Counted from the first letter of the stretch, positions 1-12,915 are shown. The stretch: 64,000 nt of DNA from Selaginella moellendorffii (GCF_000143415.4 NW_003314267.1:994909-1058908), one strand, 5' to 3'. The notes: generated from the sequence alone by a model not told the origin. Program-made: numbers and translations.

Positions 1-59
1 TATGATCACCTTTTAGTAATGTCCAAGAACCATATAGATAGTCATGAAGTTTTTTAAAA

Positions 60-450
60 CCCCAAACTACTAATAAACACTCTTTCTTTATTGTGAGTAG
101 TTCATCTCCACTAGTTGTAATATATGGTTGATATATGCAATGGGATAGCGCCAACTAGGCACACTTGAGCTTTCTTGTATTAACACACTTTTAAGATCAA
201 TATCAAAAACATCCATGTGTAAAGTGAAAGGTTGAGTGTAATCAAGATATACCAAAACTGAAGGAGTCGTTAACAACTTTTTGAGATTAGTAAACATTTG
301 TTCATAGTTTATAGACTAGATAAAAGACGACATTGACAACTTCAACAATACTTGCAATAGTACAGTACAATCAAAGAGATGATAAATGAAATGGCCAAAA
401 TATTGCACTTTGCCTAAGAAGTGTTGTATATCATTCACACACTTTGGAAT
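60..450 (-). pseudogene. Decayed Ty3/gypsy pol fragment (RT/RNase H junction)
   Basis: ORF pieces 'IQHFLGKVQYFGHFI' and 'LKKLLTTPSVLVYLDYTQPFTLHMD...VLIQ...PIAY...NYS' match gypsy RT thumb/RNase H motifs; interrupted by stops. Confidence 0.75.
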
Positions 451-451
451 A

Positions 452-605
452 AAGGTGCAAAGGAGGAGTGGCATGAATGCCATTCTTAGAACTACCAAGT
501 CCCAAGTCCTGAATTGGACTTAAGGAGGTTGTGAGTGAGACTCCTCCAAGTGGTCGGAGGTGCGGTTAAGTGACTAAAGTAAAATGGAAAAATTAATTGC
601 TTACA
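452..605 (+). mobile_element. Truncated 3' end of an LTR of the same family as 1301-8931
   Basis: Diverged match to ~2930-3085, ending in ...TTACA. Confidence 0.85.
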
Positions 606-1300
606 CAAAATACAAGTAATGGAACAAAGATACAACATTTTGATAATCATCTAAGGTAAGCACTTTGGTTTCTTCTTAAATCTTGATGACATATTGTGTG
701 TTTATCTTATTTTGCCCTCCACTTTACTACAAAGTGCCTTGTTTATAAGGATGCTTATTTAGTGAGTGTTTAATGTTAAATTTTTTTACTTCCTCTAAGC
801 TTCACTTTAAAAGTTTAAGTCAAGAGTCTTCAATGAATTCATTGTTAATTTATATAAGTTATAAATTTTCTTTTTCCAATTTACCAACTTACCTCATCTA
901 TCCGACCATCTTTGCCTTAGCCTTAGCTAAGTTCTCTTGCTAAGGTTTTTGCTTATTGCACCAACTTTGACTTAGTCTTACTTAAGTTCATCTAGTTACT
1001 ATATGAGTAACAAAGTGTTAACCAACTTTTCATGGATTCTCAAACTCTCTCCCAATTCCCTTCCCCATGTTAGATTGGAATTAAAGTTTGGCTACACTCC
1101 TTATAAACACAAGCAACCAAATACAACAAACCTCTAAGTTCCTAACATCCTATGGTACATAAAACTTTTTCATGTGACCCTTTAAATCCAAAGCCTTAGG
1201 CACATTTCTTTATTTAGGACACCAGGGGGAAACACCATGGCCTAATGGTTTGGTATAAATACCTCAACTCCCCACCTTCATCTCAAAGGAAAGGCCCAAG

Positions 1301-3085
1301 TGTGAGACACAAAATCCCTAGGCCCCAAAGTGGAGCCGGAAGGGCGCCACATGGTAGTGGCCGAAGCGAGAGCCAAACGAGCGTAACACGTTTGGACCAA
1401 AAGCTCCGACTTGAAAAGTCAAGAGCGGGAGTGGAACTCCCAACGAAGTGCTCGAGGAACGAGCACGAAGCGAGCAAAAGGCAAGGCTCCAAAAAGAGAC
1501 CCAAAAGGACCAACACATGACACATGGGAGTGTCCGAGATGGACTCGAGATGGAGTCCGAGATGGAGTCCGAGATGGACCCGAGATGGAGTCCGAGATGG
1601 AGTCCGAGATGGAGTCCGAGGTGGACCCGAGATGGACCCGAGTTGGAGTCCGAAGTGGAGTCCGAGATGGACCCGAGATGGAGTCCGAGATGGAGTCCGA
1701 GATGGAGTCCGAGGTGACCCGAGATGGACCCGAAAAGGAGTCCGAGATGGAGTCCGAGATGGAGTCCGAGGTGGACCCGAGATAGACCCGAAATGGAGTC
1801 CGAGATGGACCCGAGATGGAGTCCGAGATGGAGTCCGAGATGGACCCGAGATGGACCCGAGATGGAGTCCAAGATGGAGTCCGAGATGGAGTCCGAGATG
1901 GAGTCCAAAGTCGAGACCGAGACCGGAACCGAGACCGGGACCGAGACCGAGACCGAGATCGGGACTGAGACCGAGACCGAGGCCGAGGCCAAGACCGAGC
2001 CCGAACCCGAGTCCGAGTCCGAATCCGAATCCGAGTCCGAGTCCGAGTCCGAGTCCGAGTCCGAGTCCGAGTCCGAGTCCGAAGCCTGAGAGGGTGAAAG
2101 CCCAAAGCGTTCGTCTCCCAGACCCTGGGGGGTTTGGTGAGCTCCAAAAGTATAGTAGGGGGAGGATTGCAGTGGAGCCAGTTTGGCCAGGAAAGGCCAG
2201 TTTGGCCCAGGAAGGCCAGACCCAGTGTTGGGTGATGAACTGACCACTGGGAAGTCCAAGACTAGAGTGAATACGGACCGACAAGCGGGGTAGCTTGGTG
2301 AAGTGTTCAAGAGCCGGCTCTAGTTCCCCCGGGAGATCGACTAGCCGATGCTCCCAGTCCAAGTGTGGGTGGCACTACCTACTTGGATACCAGGCGTGGC
2401 TCAACGGAACCTCGCTCTAAGCCCATGGCTAGAGCACCTAAAGGCGATAGGTGGGGAGAGTACCCAGGTGGCTCGCGTAAGGCCACGGTGTTCCGAAACG
2501 TTGTCCCAAAGGCCCAGACTGTGGAAAGGAAGAGGAGCAGTCCTCTGGGGTAGTGACCAAGGACACAGTCATGTGGTGAGGAAGTCCCAGAGGACCGTGG
2601 GACTTAGGGGTCGGGCCTGTGGGCCTCGATCCAGTGGCAGTGTTGGCAAACACGGCCAGGGGCAGAAAGGGACTTGGTAGGAACTGACAAAGGGACTTTG
2701 GGGAAGGCAATTCCCCAGGTCTGTGGGCATCCTAAGGATGTTAAGGAGTGGATCTAGGATGACCCCTTGTGGACACATGGCCTAGTCTTGGAGAGACGAG
2801 GTGGTGATGCAAGTGGTGTTGAACCACTAGTGCAGCAAAGGTGAATGGGCATGGCTTTAGCGTAACGGGCCGAGATGTCAGTGGTACCTTTGGGTGTCGG
2901 TCTCAGGACCGGACACGTGGAGCACTTGGACCAGGTGCAAGTGTGGAGTGGCATGGATGCCATTCTTGGGGCTAGCAAGTCCCAAATCCTGAATTGGATT
3001 GATGGAGGTTGTGAATGAGACTCCTCCAAGTGGTCGGAGGTGTGGTTAAGTGACTAAAGTAGAATGGAAAAATTAGTCGCTTACA
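1301..3085 (+). repeat. 5' LTR
   Basis: TGTGAGACAC...GTCGCTTACA; direct repeat of 7147-8931. Confidence 0.95.
1532..2082 (+). repeat. Minisatellite inside LTR: GAGATGGAGTCC/GAGATGGACCC units grading into GAGACC/GAGTCC hexamers
   Basis: Directly visible tandem repeats. Confidence 0.95.
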
Positions 3086-3088
3086 ATT

Positions 3089-3100
3089 TGGTATCGGAGC
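3089..3100 (+). other. Primer binding site (tRNA-iMet type)
   Basis: TGGTATCGGAGC 3 nt after the LTR; canonical is TGGTATCAGAGC (difference allows a G:U pair). Confidence 0.85.
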
Positions 3101-6100
3101 TGTTCCTTAGTCCGACTTTTATTGGTGCTCAAGTATATCACCACTAGTGTTGGCATCGGAAGGTCCGAGGAGTGGGCCTATCCTTGAGGAGTAGCAAGTC
3201 GGGAAGACATGGCTCTCCATTACAGTTCATGTGTGAACTTGTAGATGAGGTGGTGGATAGAAAAGGGCCAATAATGGAACGACTTTGGGATCTTGGGAAC
3301 AGTATATGGTTTTCCTCAAAGAGTTGAGGATGTGATCCAGATGAGCGTTTGACTTAGCAAACTGGCTAATGTAGTTGTGGTAAACAACTACAGTTGGGAT
3401 CACGGGAAAGATAAAGACTCCAAAGCAATAAAGGAGTCACAAGATTTTCCTCATATAGTTGAGGTTGGTGCTCATGAATGTGAGACCAGAAGTAATGACC
3501 GTGGGAGGTCAAATACGGAAGAGGACTCAAGTCCTTGAAAAGGTAGCCGGGGCTACCTCTAATAAATGCTGGAACAAACCCAGGAGTTGGGGGTGTATTA
3601 AGTGGATGAGTTGGTGTTCTCATCGCATGGACAAGTAGTCCTAAGGAGCAAAAGTTGCCCCCAGAGAACAAAATCAAGTGTCGGAGTAACACTTGTGAAA
3701 ATAGTCCTTTTGAGTAGGACAGGAATACAAGAAGTGTATTCCAGTGAGCTAGTGCCTCACAAGTAAGACCTTACGGGTCTGTGGATTAACCAAGTCCAAA
3801 ACTGCTGGATGACTCAAGTAGAGTCAAGGGATGGTCCTAAAAGGACTGATGGAAGCATTTGGACTGAGGTGTGTTGTACCCCACAAAGGATGTGGGGGGA
3901 TCATAGGATCCAAGGATGAGAACAGAGGGTATCTCATCAATGGCAGAATGTGCCATGCTAAAGTTATGGGAAAGGTGTTCCCAGAAGAAAACAACTTTGA
4001 CATAAAGTTGTGTGTGACCTCTATGGTGCAGTGCTAACGGATGGTTGGCATGAGAAAGAGCGGTGTTGGTCTTGGCAAAGACTTAGACACGAAGGGGAAA
4101 TGTCATAGAGGTAGGCTCGTGGAGCCGATGGTGTGGAGACACCAAATGTGCCAAGGTGTGATACCTTGAGGCTATGTTGGTGGGTTCATGAAAACCCCTT
4201 GCCAAAGGAATCCCAATGGAAATGGGAATAGCATAGCCTAAGTTGCAGAGCATGCAGTTGGAGTGTGGTGACCCAAATAATGATGGAGGTGTGAAAGCAC
4301 CAAGCAATGAGTTGTAGGACTTGACAACTATGAGGCAACTAAGCAAGAGGTGCAAAATAACTGGTTAAACGGGTAGAAGGTAGCTACCCAAGACTTCTTA
4401 ATAGCATAAGGAAGTTGGATATACCCTTACGGGGGATAAGTTGCTTGTGTTGCGATATAGTAAGTCAATGTCATAAAAGGAAATACTCATTGTCAAGAAA
4501 GCCATCATTGGGACACCTGAACACTCTAAAACACCAGAAGGTGGTGTTTGATGTCGCGAGGGCAATGGAGAAAGCCCAAGGGACTAAGTCCCTAGCGAAT
4601 GATGGATAGAAGGTGCTATCCAAATGTCCAAGGTTGCGGAGACAGGAGAGGACTGTCTACCCAAGTTGGACAAAGCCAAAAATGGAATTTTGGCAAGGCT
4701 AGTGATGGGCATGTAAAGGCCCATAAGCAACAATGTAATCCCAGTGTGTGGGATTATAAGGTGAGCATACCCGGATTGAGGAACCACTCCCTAGGCTATT
4801 GGGTAGGTTCATCCCTAAGAATACTTGCTAAAGCAAGATAGAAAGTGCAAAGCTATCCTCCCGGTCTAAAGGAGAATGACCAAAGGAAAGGTGTGAAGCC
4901 AAAAAGCAAGAAGTAAGGGGATAGAACCGAACCGTAGGAATCAAAGGGCATAACCAAGGTTGGTTATGCCAGCTGGGAGTGGAAAATCAAGTGGGGGCTC
5001 AAGGGTGTTGCCGCTAGCAACCGTGATGCCATGGAGAGTCTAAAATATGGAATTGTCCATGTTAGACTATATGGCATTTGGAAGGCTTGCAAAAAAGGAG
5101 GCCTTAGCAAGCTGAGGGATAGAGTTCCTTCAAGGTTCCCAAAGACGATTCTAGGTAGCGTAGTACCTAGAAAGGCCAAGTGTAAATGGTTCATGGAACG
5201 CGCGAAATCAGAGTGGCGCAGCAGAAGCGTGGTCTTGAAGCTTGCCATGAGGCAAGGTTATCAAGGTTAGGGAAGTAGTTCCCGAGTGTTCAAAGAGAGG
5301 GCTTTGAACGAAAGTCGATGGTCAAGGACTTTCACGCTTATGCAGGAACCATGTTACAATGGTCGGAGAACTTGCCAAGTGAGATTGGCACGTCGGGGGA
5401 ACAAAGACCCTAGTTGAAGGTGATAACTTCAAAAAGGGTGGGCCATGGGGCTGAGCATGGAGGAGTCCATGCATGATCACAGACATGTCAAGTGAGAGGA
5501 CTTGGCAGTGTGGAGGAACTAGGTTCCTAAGCTGTGATCTGTAGCGCGCTTTAAAAATAGGTTGGTGCACCGGCGTGGGGAGTCACGCCAGGCATCTAGT
5601 GTGATGCCGTCCGTAGATGCATATACGGAGGTTGGGTTCGAGTCCCGACCCTTTAGTGCTTGGGTTCGAGTCCCAAATCACTAGGGCGTGGTGATGGTTT
5701 GGAATATGAGGACACTCATATTTCGGTGGTCATGGACTCTCAGTGGGGAGATTGGTTTGGGCACACCGCCAAGCGAGGGATGCCTCGGAGTCGTGATGCA
5801 CGGTTAGATTGCTTAGTGTGAAAGCTCAGCATATCTAACTTGAACACTTTGGTGCAAGTGGCACCAAGGTCGTGGTGAGTGAGATGGGGACACCTAATCT
5901 CAGTTGCTATGAACCCTTGGCCGTAAGGGCTAGCTTGGGTGCACCGCCAAGTGTGGGGGATGCCCCCGGGGTTATAGTCAACAACTTGGAGGTCTAGAAG
6001 ACCAAGTACCTCTTGGCAACTCTGTTAAGGTGCCAAGGTGAGATCACTAGGTGATCTTATGGCCAGATAAGGACATGGTCCTTGGTTGGCTAAGGAATGA

Positions 6101-7132
6101 AGTTCCTGGTTCAAAATGTTGAAATTGAACTGTTTAAGGTGGTGTGGCTTGGTCGTGATAGCCAAGTGGGAAGAGCACCTAAGGGAATTAAACTATGTCC
6201 GTGCGATGGCATAGTGAGTCCGAGGAAAGTAGTCTCTATAAAAGACCCATGGGAGGGTCACGAAGTTGGGCCGTGGATAGAGCCCATAGCAGAAGATGCT
6301 AAAGAGACGTACTAGGGGTGAACATCCTCCGGACTTGGCAAAGAAAAGTCTTTGCTATGGAAAAGGAACAATACCTCAAGGAGGGAGGTAGAGATTCGAT
6401 GTTGCTTGGTGCAACAATCAACGGATAGGAGCAAAAGATGAGTGGCCAAGATAGGGCCGTGGAATCCATTGGAAGGAATCCAAGTGACAAAGTTAGGCGA
6501 GGAACACTAATGTGTTGGACGCTAACGAGTTGCGGGAAAGGAAGTGTGTTTCCAAGGAGGGATTCCGAAATGCTCCAATTTGGCAAAAGTGGAAGCTCCA
6601 AGGGAGGGAGCGGTAAGGTAGCCAAATGATAGGGCCATGAACAGCCCTAGCACAAAGCATGATAACTGGAACTTTGGCACGAAATAGAAGAGAGGATGAT
6701 GGTGCCCTCGAGTAGAGAACTTCCTAGGATGGGAAGTGGAGTTGCACAAAAGGTGCAAGGCAAGGTGTCAGAGACACCTAGGAAATCGACTCCAAGAAGT
6801 CAAAATTCAAAGTTCCAAAGTGCAAAGGTTATAGCGATGGAAATTGAAACTACTCGAGAAGGAGTAGTGGGATTGACTTAGAGAAGGGTCTCTAAGAGGT
6901 TTAGGAAAAAAGAAAAAGAAACCAATAAAAGGAGAGAACCACTATACGTGGTCCAATCAGTCTCTAAGTTGGAGAGACTACCCTCCTTAGAGGATATGCA
7001 AAAGGCATGGTGAGCCTTTGATGTCAAACCATAGACAAAGATTGGCTAGGTGCCAAAGATGGAAATGGTAACACATGTGGGTGTTACTTTATGAAAGGGT
7101 TTACCGTTCGATGAGGACATCGAACTTCGTCT

Positions 7133-7146
7133 ATGGGTGGTGGAGT
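7133..7146 (+). other. Polypurine tract
   Basis: ATGGGTGGTGGAGT immediately before the 3' LTR. Confidence 0.65.
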
Positions 7147-8931
7147 TGTGAGACACAAAATCCCTAGGCCCCAAAGTGGAGCCGGAAGGGCGCCACATGG
7201 TAGTGGCCGAAGCGAGAGCCAAACGAGCGTAACACGTTTGGACCAAAAGCTCCGACTTGAAAAGTCAAGAGCGGGAGTGGAACTCCCAACGAAGTGCTCG
7301 AGGAACGAGCACGAAGCGAGCAAAAGGCAAGGCTCCAAAAAGAGACCCAAAAGGACCAACACATGACACATGGGAGTGTCCGAGATGGACTCGAGATGGA
7401 GTCCGAGATGGAGTCCGAGATGGACCCGAGATGGAGTCCGAGATGGAGTCCGAGATGGAGTCCGAGGTGGACCCGAGATGGACCCGAGTTGGAGTCCGAA
7501 GTGGAGTCCGAGATGGACCCGAGATGGAGTCCGAGATGGAGTCCGAGATGGAGTCCGAGGTGGACCCGAGATGGACCCGAAAAGGAGTCCGAGATGGAGT
7601 CCGAGATGGAGTCCGAGGTGGACCCGAGATAGACCCGAAATGGAGTCCGAGATGGACCCGAGATGGAGTCCGAGATGGAGTCCGAGATGGACCCGAGATG
7701 GACCCGAGATGGAGTCCAAGATGGAGTCCGAGATGGAGTCCGAGATGGAGTCCGAAGTCGAGACCGAGACCGGAACCGAGACCGGGACCGAGACCGAGAC
7801 CGAGATCGGGACTGAGACCGAGACCGAGGCCGAGGCCAAGACCGAGCCCGAACCCGAGTCCGAGTCCGAATCCGAATCCGAGTCCGAGTCCGAGTCCGAG
7901 TCCGAGTCCGAGTCCGAGTCCGAGTCCGAAGCCTGAGAGGGTGAAAGCCCAAAGCGTTCGTCTCCCAGACCCTGGGGGGTTTGGTGAGCTCCAAAAGTAT
8001 AGTAGGGGGAGGATTGCAGTGGAGCCAGTTTGGCCAGGAAAGGCCAGTTTGGCCCAGGAAGGCCAGACCCAGTGTTGGGTGATGAACTGACCACTGGGAA
8101 GTCCAAGACTAGAGTGAATACGGACCGACAAGCGGGGTAGCTTGGTGAAGTGTTCAAGAGCCGGCTCTAGTTCCCCCGGGAGATCGACTAGCCGATGCTC
8201 CCAGTCCAAGTGTGGGTGGCACTACCTACTTGGATACCAGGCGTGGCTCAACGGAACCTCGCTCTAAGCCCATGGCTAGACACCTAAAGGCGATAGGTGG
8301 GGAGAGTACCCAGGTGGCTCGCGTAAGGCCACGGTGTTCCGAAACGTTGTCCCAAAGGCCCAGACTGTGGAAAGGAAGAGGAGCAGTCCTCTGGGGTAGT
8401 GACCAAGGACACAGTCATGTGGTGAGGAAGTCCCAGAGGACCGTGGGACTTAGGGGTCGGGCCTGTGGGCCTCGATCCAGTGGCAGTGTTGGCAAACACG
8501 GCCAGGGGCAGAAAGGGACTTGGTAGGAACTGACAAAGGGACTTTGGGGAAGGCAATTCCCCAGGTCTGTGGGCATCCTAAGGATGTTAAGGAGTGGATC
8601 TAGGATGACCCCTTGTGGACACATGGCCTAGTCTTGGAGAGACGAGGTGGTGATGCAAGTGGTGTTGAACCACTAGTGCAGCAAAGGTGAATGGGCATGG
8701 CTTTAGCGTAACGGGCCGAGATGTCAGTGGTACCTTTGGGTGTCGGTCTCAGGACCGGACACGTGGAGCACTTGGACCAGGTGCAAGTGTGGAGTGGCAT
8801 GGATGCCATTCTTGGGGCTAGCAAGTCCCAAATCCTGAATTGGATTGATGGAGGTTGTGAATGAGACTCCTCCAAGTGGTCGGAGGTGTGGTTAAGTGAC
8901 TAAAGTAGAATGGAAAAATTAGTCGCTTACA
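7147..8931 (+). repeat. 3' LTR
   Basis: Direct repeat of 1301-3085, followed by TSD CCAAG. Confidence 0.95.
7378..7929 (+). repeat. Minisatellite inside 3' LTR
   Basis: Same array as 1532-2082. Confidence 0.95.
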
Positions 8932-8969
8932 CCAAGCCTCTAGGAATGAGTGAGGACTAATGAACTTTA

Positions 8970-9410
8970 TAATACTTAAATGGGGTACCATTTCATTTGA
9001 GTCAAGAACATTGCAATTGCTTTCCCTTCTAGAAATGGGAATTACTCTTGAGCACTTGGTGAACTAACGATTTTTCCCTAAATGATCCAGGAGATCAGTA
9101 GTGTGAAGAAGAGGGTATTATTACTTCATTTAATGAATGATAATTGATTAAAAAAATGAATACTCCCATTAGGCTTCATCATAAAATGAGGTTCACACTC
9201 TCAAGGACTCCATAACTTTCAAATAACACTTTTTTCTAGCATCTCCTTAATGTTTATATGTAAAATTTTGATCTCTTTTGGTGATCGATAACGAATAAAA
9301 ACTTTAATTAGACGAGCATCCTTGATTGGAATAAGATGATATGTTACAATCTTGGCCCTAGATGACAAATCACATTCAATTATATCAACATACTCCTTCA
9401 TGAGTTGGTC
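8970..9410 (-). pseudogene. Decayed Ty3/gypsy reverse transcriptase N-terminal fragment
   Basis: 'HLIPIKDARLIK..YRSPKE...IKEMLEKSVI' resembles the gypsy RT start; degraded. Confidence 0.6.
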
Positions 9411-9417
9411 AACTCCT

Positions 9418-11386
9418 TGTAAGCGACTAAATTTTCCATTCTACTTTAGTCACTTAACCACACCTCCGACCACTTGAAAGAGTCTCATTCACAACCTCCA
9501 TAAATCCAATTCAGGACTTGGGACTTGTTAGCCCCAAGAATGGCATCCATGCCACTCAACCGTTGCACTTGGTCCAAGTGCTCCACGTGTCCGATCCCAT
9601 GACCGACACTCAAAGGTACCACCGACATAGCAGCCTGTTACACTAAGGCCATGCCCAATCACCTTTGCCGCATTGGTAGTCCAATACCACTTGCAACACA
9701 GTCTTGTCCCTCCAAGACTGGGCCAACCATCCGTGAGTGGTCATCCCAGATCCACTCCTTATCATCCTTAGGATGCCCACCGACAAGGGGAATAGCCTTC
9801 CCCAATATCCCTCTGCCAATCCCCACTAAGTCCCTTTTTGCCCTTGGCCGTGTTTGCCAACACTGCCACTGGATTGAGGCCCACAGGCCTTACCACTAAG
9901 TCCCATGGTCCTCTGGGACTTCCTCACCACGTGACCGTATCCTTGGCCACTACACCAAAGGACTGCTCCTTTTCCTTTCCACAGTCTGGGACTTGGGGAC
10001 AACACTTCGGAACACCGTGGCCTTACGCGAGCCACCTGGGTAATCTCCCTGCCTTCCGCTTTTGGGTGCTCTAGCCATGGGCTTAGAGCGAGGTTCCATT
10101 GAGCCACGCCTAGTATCCAAGTAGGTAGTGCCACCCACACTTGGACTGGGAGCATCGGCTAGTCGATCTCCCGGGGGAACTAGAGCCGGCTCTTGAACAC
10201 TTCACCAAGATACCCCGCTTGTCGGTCCGTATTCACTCTAGTCTTGGACTTCCCAGTGGTCAGTTCATCACCCAACACTGGGTCTGGCCTTCCTGGGCCA
10301 AACTGGCATTTCCTGGCCAAACTGGCTCCACTCCCCCTTACTATACTTTTGGAGCTCACCAAACCCCCCAGGGTCTGGGAGACGAACGCNNNNNNNNNNN
10401 NNNNNNNNNNNNNNNNNNNNNNNNNNNNNNNNNNNNNNNNNNNNNNNNNNNNNNNNNNNNNNNNNNNNNNNNNNNNNNNNNNNNNNNNNNNNNNNNNNNN
10501 NNNNNNNNNNNNNNNNNNNNNNNNNNNNNNNNNNNNNNNNNNNNNNNNNNNNNNNNNNNNNNNNNNNNNNNNNNNNNNNNNNNNNNNNNNNNNNNNNNNN
10601 NNNNNNNNNNNNNNNNNNNNNNNNNNNNNNNNNNNNNNNNNNNNNNNNNNNNNNNNNNNNNNNNNNNNNNNNNNNNNNNNNNNNNNNNNNNNNNNNNNNN
10701 NNNNNNNNNNNNNNNNNNNNNNNNNNNNNNNNNNNNNNNNNNNNNNNNNNNNNNNNNNNNNNNNNNNNNNNNNNNNNNNNNNNNNNNNNNNNNNNNNNNN
10801 NNNNNNNNNNNNNNNNNNNNNNNNNNNNNNNNNNNNNNNNNNNNNNNNNNNNNNNNNCAGACTCCATCTCGGACTCCATCTCGGGTCCATCTCGGACTCC
10901 GTCTTCGGACTCCGTCTCGGGTCCATCTTGGACTCCATCTCGGACTCCGTCTCGGTCCATCTCAGACTCCATCTCGGACTCCGTCTCGGTCCATCTTGGA
11001 CTCCATCTCAGACTCCACTTCGGACTCCATCTCGGACTCCGTCTCGGTCCATCTCGAACTCCATCTCGGACTCCACCTCGGACTCCACCTCAGACTCCAC
11101 CTCGGACTCCATCTCGGACTCCAACTCGGGTCCATCTTGGACTCCATCTCGGACACTTCCACGTATCATGTGTTGGTCCTTTTGGGTCCCTTTTTGGAGT
11201 CTCACTTATTGCTCACTTCGTGCTTGTTCCTCGAGCACTTTGTTGGGAGTTCCACTCCTGCTTTTGACCTTCCAAGTCGGAGCTTTTAGTCTAAACGTGT
11301 TACGCTCGTTTGGCTTTCGCTTCGGCCACTACCACGTGGCACCCTTTCCAGCTCCACTTTAGGGCCTAGGGATTTTGTGTCTCACA
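9418..11386 (-). mobile_element. Solo LTR of the same family (minus strand), spans an assembly gap
   Basis: Diverged reverse complement of the LTR, TG...CA ends, TSD CTCCT at 9413-9417 and 11387-11391. Confidence 0.88.
10390..10857. other. Assembly gap (N run)
   Basis: N bases, located at the LTR minisatellite. Confidence 1.
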
Positions 11387-12705
11387 CTCCTACAACACAA
11401 AGATTGTCAGAAGGATTGGAGGGAATAAAGGAACAACGCAAAAATATAAAAAGAAAGTAATGGGAAGACAAAAATAATGGAAGCAAAAACAGAAGTAGAG
11501 GGATGAAGAGGAATAGAAGAAATATAAAGAAGTATAAGACAAATGGGAGAAACTTAAAGTTACATATAGCATAATTACATTGCAATCAATCCATACCAAG
11601 GATGAAGTCAAAAGCTTGACTTGGCACCACCCATAACAACTACAACTCAAGCTTGAGATCACCTATACACACAATTAAATCCGTCTCATCCCATACACAT
11701 AGTTCTTTCCATAAAAAATGAAAATTAACTCTGTTGCATGACACAAATATAGATAGCAACATGTGGCAACAGACCAAGCAATAGAGGATAAATTTGAGCA
11801 TATATCAACCAATACAAAAAAAATAATAAAAGACTTCTTGTTATAAAAATAAGTTTGGAAAATAAAAATTGGATAAATTGGTGCTAAGTGAACCCCTTGA
11901 TGATACTTCTAAAAGAAAGATGGAGAGGTAAGACCCTTTGCTACTCGTGCAATTCTTTATTTCCTAGAAGCATCTTAGTGTCTAGACTTTCTACTGTAGC
12001 AGCACTAATAATACATTGTTGATGCTAAAGTCTTCACCTAAGAAATAAAGGTTGCCAATTTTGAAAACACTGATAACATTAATAAATGTGATTAACTTCA
12101 TTACATGCTTAACAACAGACATCATGGCCACAACCACATCCTTGCCTTTGTCCTTGAATTTAAGCAATAGTTACATCAACTTGCATTAGAACAAAACCAT
12201 CTTTTACAAGAAGTGGAATTAAAAGATATGCAATGAAAAGTGGAATAAACAATATCTCATAAGGTTATGCCAAGTGAAAAGCATCATTAAGGGTGGTTGA
12301 AGTAAATATATGTGCAAATTTTACAGGATTTTAATGAAGTGTTAGCCACAATATTCCCAATTTAATATGCTCCAAAGAAGTTTCGAAAACAAATGCCAAA
12401 TTGCATCACTTACTGAAATAGCCTTTAATGAAAACAATGCAATTACATCACAAAAAACTAAGGCACTTTTCTTAATCAAATGGATTTTTGTTAGCATTCT
12501 TTTTGCCTAATCCTCTTGTCTTGCGTGCAGCTTTGTCTTTGCAATATCTTGCATAATATCCTGTCCACTTTCAGACACACCCTTCTTACTTGGGGAATCA
12601 TGCCATCAGTGTTGTCACTGCCATGAGCTTTCTGGAAACTCCATGTGGCTGGACTGCTATCTCATCGACCTGAGGAACTCCTCCCTGACCTCAAATTTGA
12701 GCCAG

Positions 12706-12915
12706 CTACAAAGAGTGCAGCTCCTGGATTTTCTTGTTTGGTGGATTCTTCTGTGCCTTATCATTCAGCAGTGATGCACAAATTTCTTTGTTTAAAACGT
12801 ATCTCAATGTCCCTTGTTCTGGTTGTGCAGCCAAAGCATTCAGTAGAACTGCCTTGTTGTCTGCTTCTTTTACGACCTCACCTAAACTGGTGAGTTGAGA
12901 CATAATAGACTTCAT
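12706..12915 (-). pseudogene. Possible Ty1/copia gag remnant
   Basis: 'KSIMSQLTSLGEVVKEADNKAVLLNAL' resembles the copia gag (UBN2-like) motif; short and isolated. Confidence 0.3.

Larger units (their letters stand above)
1301..8931 (+). mobile_element. Non-autonomous LTR retrotransposon (LARD-like), recent insertion
   Basis: Two near-identical 1785-bp TG...CA LTRs, 5-bp TSD CCAAG (1296-1300, 8932-8936), PBS and PPT; 4061-bp interior with no ORF longer than ~110 aa. Confidence 0.93.

Noticed and set aside
1532-1910. CRISPR-like appearance of regular repeats
   Set aside because: No unique spacers and no cas genes; eukaryotic LTR context
1283-2362. Long ORFs with SD/ES/GL/RT dipeptide and WSPR repeats (also 7084-8209 and 10141-11362)
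   Set aside because: Products of the stop-poor LTR minisatellite, open in most frames; not Sdr-like adhesins or real genes
1301-3085. Hammerhead ribozyme (retrozyme) in the LTR
   Set aside because: No CUGAUGA...GAAA core with flanking stems found by eye
5630-5686. tRNA gene
   Set aside because: Only T-arm-like hairpins; no acceptor/D/anticodon cloverleaf could be built
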